Below, piece after piece: positions 60,953 through 64,000 of a stretch of 64,000 nt of DNA; the stretch's first letter is position 1, and every line of letters begins with the position of its first letter. Source of the DNA: a virus. Lineage: Duplodnaviria > Caudoviricetes. Made by a program: the position numbers and the translations under genes. Below the pieces are notes generated by a model. It saw nothing but the letters and a program-made list of their open reading frames with translations, searched no databases and was not told the DNA's origin. The stretch is from the IMG/VR virus record IMGVR_UViG_3300016744_000005, positions 1-64,000 of that record; one strand, written 5' to 3'.

Positions 60953-63430
60953 TTATTGCATGGTAACATGCTGGTTATAGACAGTAGGTAGTGTTACCCC
61001 ATTAGGGTCGATTACTACTGCCGCAGCATGAGTTAGTTGATAATGAGTAGATGCATCGTGGGATACCATAAATACTGAGGAGTGGTGTCCACGGTCTACC
61101 AGTGATTTAATAAAGTCGATCATCTTTGAACGATGGTATTCATCAAAGCCTGACCCGAGTTCATCTAAGAACAGTGGAAAGCCTTCTAGACCCATCGCTT
61201 TATAGACAGCTAACATAAATACAAAGTTAATAACTTCTTTCTGTCCTTTTGAACCTAAACTAATATCCGGGATTTGAAAGTCAGCATCATTAGCCCAGAA
61301 TGGGAACTTATAATCTAGCTCGCCGTCAGTCACATCACACGGCAGTATACGCATCTCATAACCCCAAATCCGATTTACATAAGCAGTCATGAAATCAGTG
61401 ATTTTAGTGATACATTGATACAGATGTTTAGCGAGGATACCGACATCGGGTGATAACGCCCGGATTATCTTCGATACTGCTGCTTGTTTTACTTCTAACT
61501 GGGTCAGATGAGCCTCTAATCGTACTAACTGTTCACGATCACGTTCCATGTCTTCATATCGCTGTTTGGCGATAATCAACACATCCCATAGTTCCTGACG
61601 ATGTTCTTTGATAGTAATCGTACGAGCCTGTGAGATCAACGTAGCGACTGCTGACTGTCTTTCTGATACTAACTGACCAATCTGTCCATCGATGCGCTGT
61701 AAATGCTCCATACGCTGTTGTGTGTTATCTAATAACGTTAACTGTGCATGTACATCACGTTGACGTAATTGGATTTGCGCTATCTGCGCATCTAACTCAC
61801 CACGTATCACTTTTAACTCACCGATGTTTTCAGTTTGAGTAGCTTGGATTAAACGAATGTCATCATCTAAACGACGACCACGGAACTCCAGTCGTACTAA
61901 CGACACTGCACGCTGTAACTCCTGTCCGAATCGCTGTACTACAGCAATATGCTCGCGTGGTTGTGTGGTATATGCAGCTACAGAGGATAAATGCTCGAAC
62001 AGTACTGTAACAGGACCGGTACTAAACCGTTCCAATTCAGAGAGCTGTCGCATCGTTTCTGTTAAGCCACGATAGACATCAATCTGAGACTGTAACTCAG
62101 CTAACTCTGTCTGTGTTTTACCTAGTAGCTCTCGTCCCTGTACACACTGTTGTTGTAACTGTGCTAACTCGTCAGGACGAACACCCGGTTTAAACTGGTG
62201 TTTACATTGTGGACAATCTACATCGGCGGTATGTCCGATATGTTTTAAGCGATCCTCACGCAGTGCTATCTGATTCGTGATCTGGTTGATACGTTTTTGT
62301 AATTCACCACCTTGAGCCACTAAAGTCTGGTAACGTTCACCGAGATTATCAATCGGGTATTGTCCACCTAACGCCGTTAAACCATCAGTTAACGTATCGC
62401 TAATGTGGCGATAGCCATTGACTGCTGTCTGTAAAGCAGACTCATCGTATTCACGCAAACGTGGGAATTGCCAATCTAATGCTAATAAATCCGACACCTG
62501 GTGGCGTAGATTATTTAACTCTGATTGTAATCCCTCTAAATCTACACGTTCAGTAGAGTCGAATTTCTCGATACGTTTCACGATATCTTCTACTTTAGAG
62601 AGTAAATGATCCTGAGTGGTCTTTAAAGCCACTAGATCGCACTCTAACGCATTTCTATCTATATTGATGAGTGATTTATCACGGTAGACGTTAGATTTCA
62701 ATATCGTTTGATTGAGAGCGTTTAAAGACACATCGATCTGTGCGATAGTATCTAACGATACTGTGCTCTGTTGTGGTGCTCTGGCGATAGCACGATCCAG
62801 TAACCCGATATCATGCTGCAATACCTCTAAACGAACACGCAGTGCATCTCGTTCTTCGGTAGACTCTAATACTTTAGGTTTTAGACTACTGATTTGATTA
62901 CGGGAGTCTTTAATCGCCCCGGTTAAATCGCGGTGACGTATTTTAGCCTGCTGAAAGAACTTTAAAGCGTAGGATAAATCAGATTCTGATAACTGACTAA
63001 ACCAGTAGCGTCTATCTGGTGTCCGCATCTCAGTAAATAGCGTTTTACCCATTAAGATTTCATGCAGGTCTTTACTATAGTGGAATAACTCCTGTATCGT
63101 GGTGTTGAACACCGTCGGATTAGCGTTCTCTACCAGATACTCCATGGTCTCGAGATTCTGAATAGAACACTTGATCCCTTTTTGATTAATACAGGTTAAT
63201 TCATACCGAGTATTCTGGAAGTTGACGATCTGGCGCCACACACCACCCTCGGTGATATCGTTCTTATTCGGGGCCTGTGGCGGGAGCATTGACATCAGTC
63301 GTGACTTACCAGAACCATTACGACCTAATATCAAGGTATATTGACCAATCTCAGTTAATTTAAACCGAGAGATATTATTTAACCGCATACCAGTAAAATG
63401 ATCTAATTGAAACTCTTCGATTGCGTACAT
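60953..63430 (-). CDS. sbcC: SbcC/Rad50-like ATPase (phiKZ gp165-like)
   Basis: Walker A GRNGSGKS, coiled coil, zinc hook CPQC, signature GSKGQ, Walker B FLDE, H-loop VSH. Confidence 0.92.
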   Translation of the reverse strand: MYAIEEFQLDHFTGMRLNNISRFKLTEIGQYTLILGRNGSGKSRLMSMLPPQAPNKNDITEGGVWRQIVNFQNTRYELTCINQKGIKCSIQNLETMEYLVENANPTVFNTTIQELFHYSKDLHEILMGKTLFTEMRTPDRRYWFSQLSESDLSYALKFFQQAKIRHRDLTGAIKDSRNQISSLKPKVLESTEERDALRVRLEVLQHDIGLLDRAIARAPQQSTVSLDTIAQIDVSLNALNQTILKSNVYRDKSLINIDRNALECDLVALKTTQDHLLSKVEDIVKRIEKFDSTERVDLEGLQSELNNLRHQVSDLLALDWQFPRLREYDESALQTAVNGYRHISDTLTDGLTALGGQYPIDNLGERYQTLVAQGGELQKRINQITNQIALREDRLKHIGHTADVDCPQCKHQFKPGVRPDELAQLQQQCVQGRELLGKTQTELAELQSQIDVYRGLTETMRQLSELERFSTGPVTVLFEHLSSVAAYTTQPREHIAVVQRFGQELQRAVSLVRLEFRGRRLDDDIRLIQATQTENIGELKVIRGELDAQIAQIQLRQRDVHAQLTLLDNTQQRMEHLQRIDGQIGQLVSERQSAVATLISQARTITIKEHRQELWDVLIIAKQRYEDMERDREQLVRLEAHLTQLEVKQAAVSKIIRALSPDVGILAKHLYQCITKITDFMTAYVNRIWGYEMRILPCDVTDGELDYKFPFWANDADFQIPDISLGSKGQKEVINFVFMLAVYKAMGLEGFPLFLDELGSGFDEYHRSKMIDFIKSLVDRGHHSSVFMVSHDASTHYQLTHAAAVVIDPNGVTLPTVYNQHVTMQ

Positions 63431-63524
63431 GTGAAAGCCTATCGAGTATAAGTGCTATACGATAGCTATTTCGGGTAAAAAAAAAGAGCCCACTTAAGGG
63501 CTCTAATTAGTTATGCACGATTAT

Positions 63525-64000
63525 TTACGGGATTATCGACTCTGTTAAAATAGCCGCAGGCAGAATACCCATAAAGATAAAATGGTGCATAGTGGATTCT
63601 GGATCTGATATATCAATAATTGCATTGTCATAATTACCGTGTAACAACTCGTGGCACTGATCGATAGTCAACATCGTGTGGAGCGGTGTGATGTTCCGGG
63701 CAATTTTCCGCAGATCGGCGGCAGGAGCAATTTGCCGTAATACATCGGCATGGATAAACCCAGGGTATTGGTAAGTTTTTACATCCCCACAGATACTCAA
63801 CAATTTAACACGGCGTTTATACCCGAACCGATTTAAAGTCTCTTTTAAACGATCCACGCTTAACCGAGAATCAAATTCACTCGGTACAGGTGTATTATCT
63901 ACGGTATCGCCAGTTAATACCGATAAGACTTCTTCATCTGACATAACACTATCTACCATCACACGCGCAGTAGATTCATCTGGGTCAGACATCACTACAC
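63525..64000 (-). CDS. hypothetical protein, possibly truncated by the window edge
   Basis: At least 156 aa; terminator hairpin with A-tract at ~63477-63504. Confidence 0.65.
   Translation of the reverse strand, partial: VVMSDPDESTARVMVDSVMSDEEVLSVLTGDTVDNTPVPSEFDSRLSVDRLKETLNRFGYKRRVKLLSICGDVKTYQYPGFIHADVLRQIAPAADLRKIARNITPLHTMLTIDQCHELLHGNYDNAIIDISDPESTMHHFIFMGILPAAILTESIIP

Noticed and set aside
1-64000. tRNA genes or stop-codon reassignment
   Set aside because: No cloverleaf recognised; core genes read through in the standard code, and the breaks are explained by introns or single-base shifts.

Overview
A 64 kb segment of a phiKZ-like jumbo phage genome (phiKZ/SPN3US group). Gene names are assigned from motifs, size and synteny recalled from memory, not from a database search. 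Left to right: (1) a ~1.8 kb GC-rich non-coding region with direct repeats, tandem promoter-like motifs and a dense run of + strand hairpins ending in an intrinsic terminator, a candidate large structured ncRNA locus; (2) early-promoter-driven accessory operons, including a degenerate ligase-like protein and an array of seven small membrane-anchored proteins; (3) terminase, virion proteins, tail sheath and tail tube; (4) a three-member paralog array; (5) prohead protease and split virion RNA polymerase genes, two of them each interrupted by a group I intron carrying a homing endonuclease, with one intron inside the catalytic DFDGD motif; (6) a giant tail lytic transglycosylase gene broken by a +1 frameshift; (7) NADAR, DUF488 and SLOG genes; (8) UvsX/RecA, RNase H, a DEDDh exonuclease, a signal-peptide transglycosylase and an SbcC/Rad50 ATPase. 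A TATGCTGT motif recurs just 3' of intergenic hairpins. No tRNA or CRISPR array was found.
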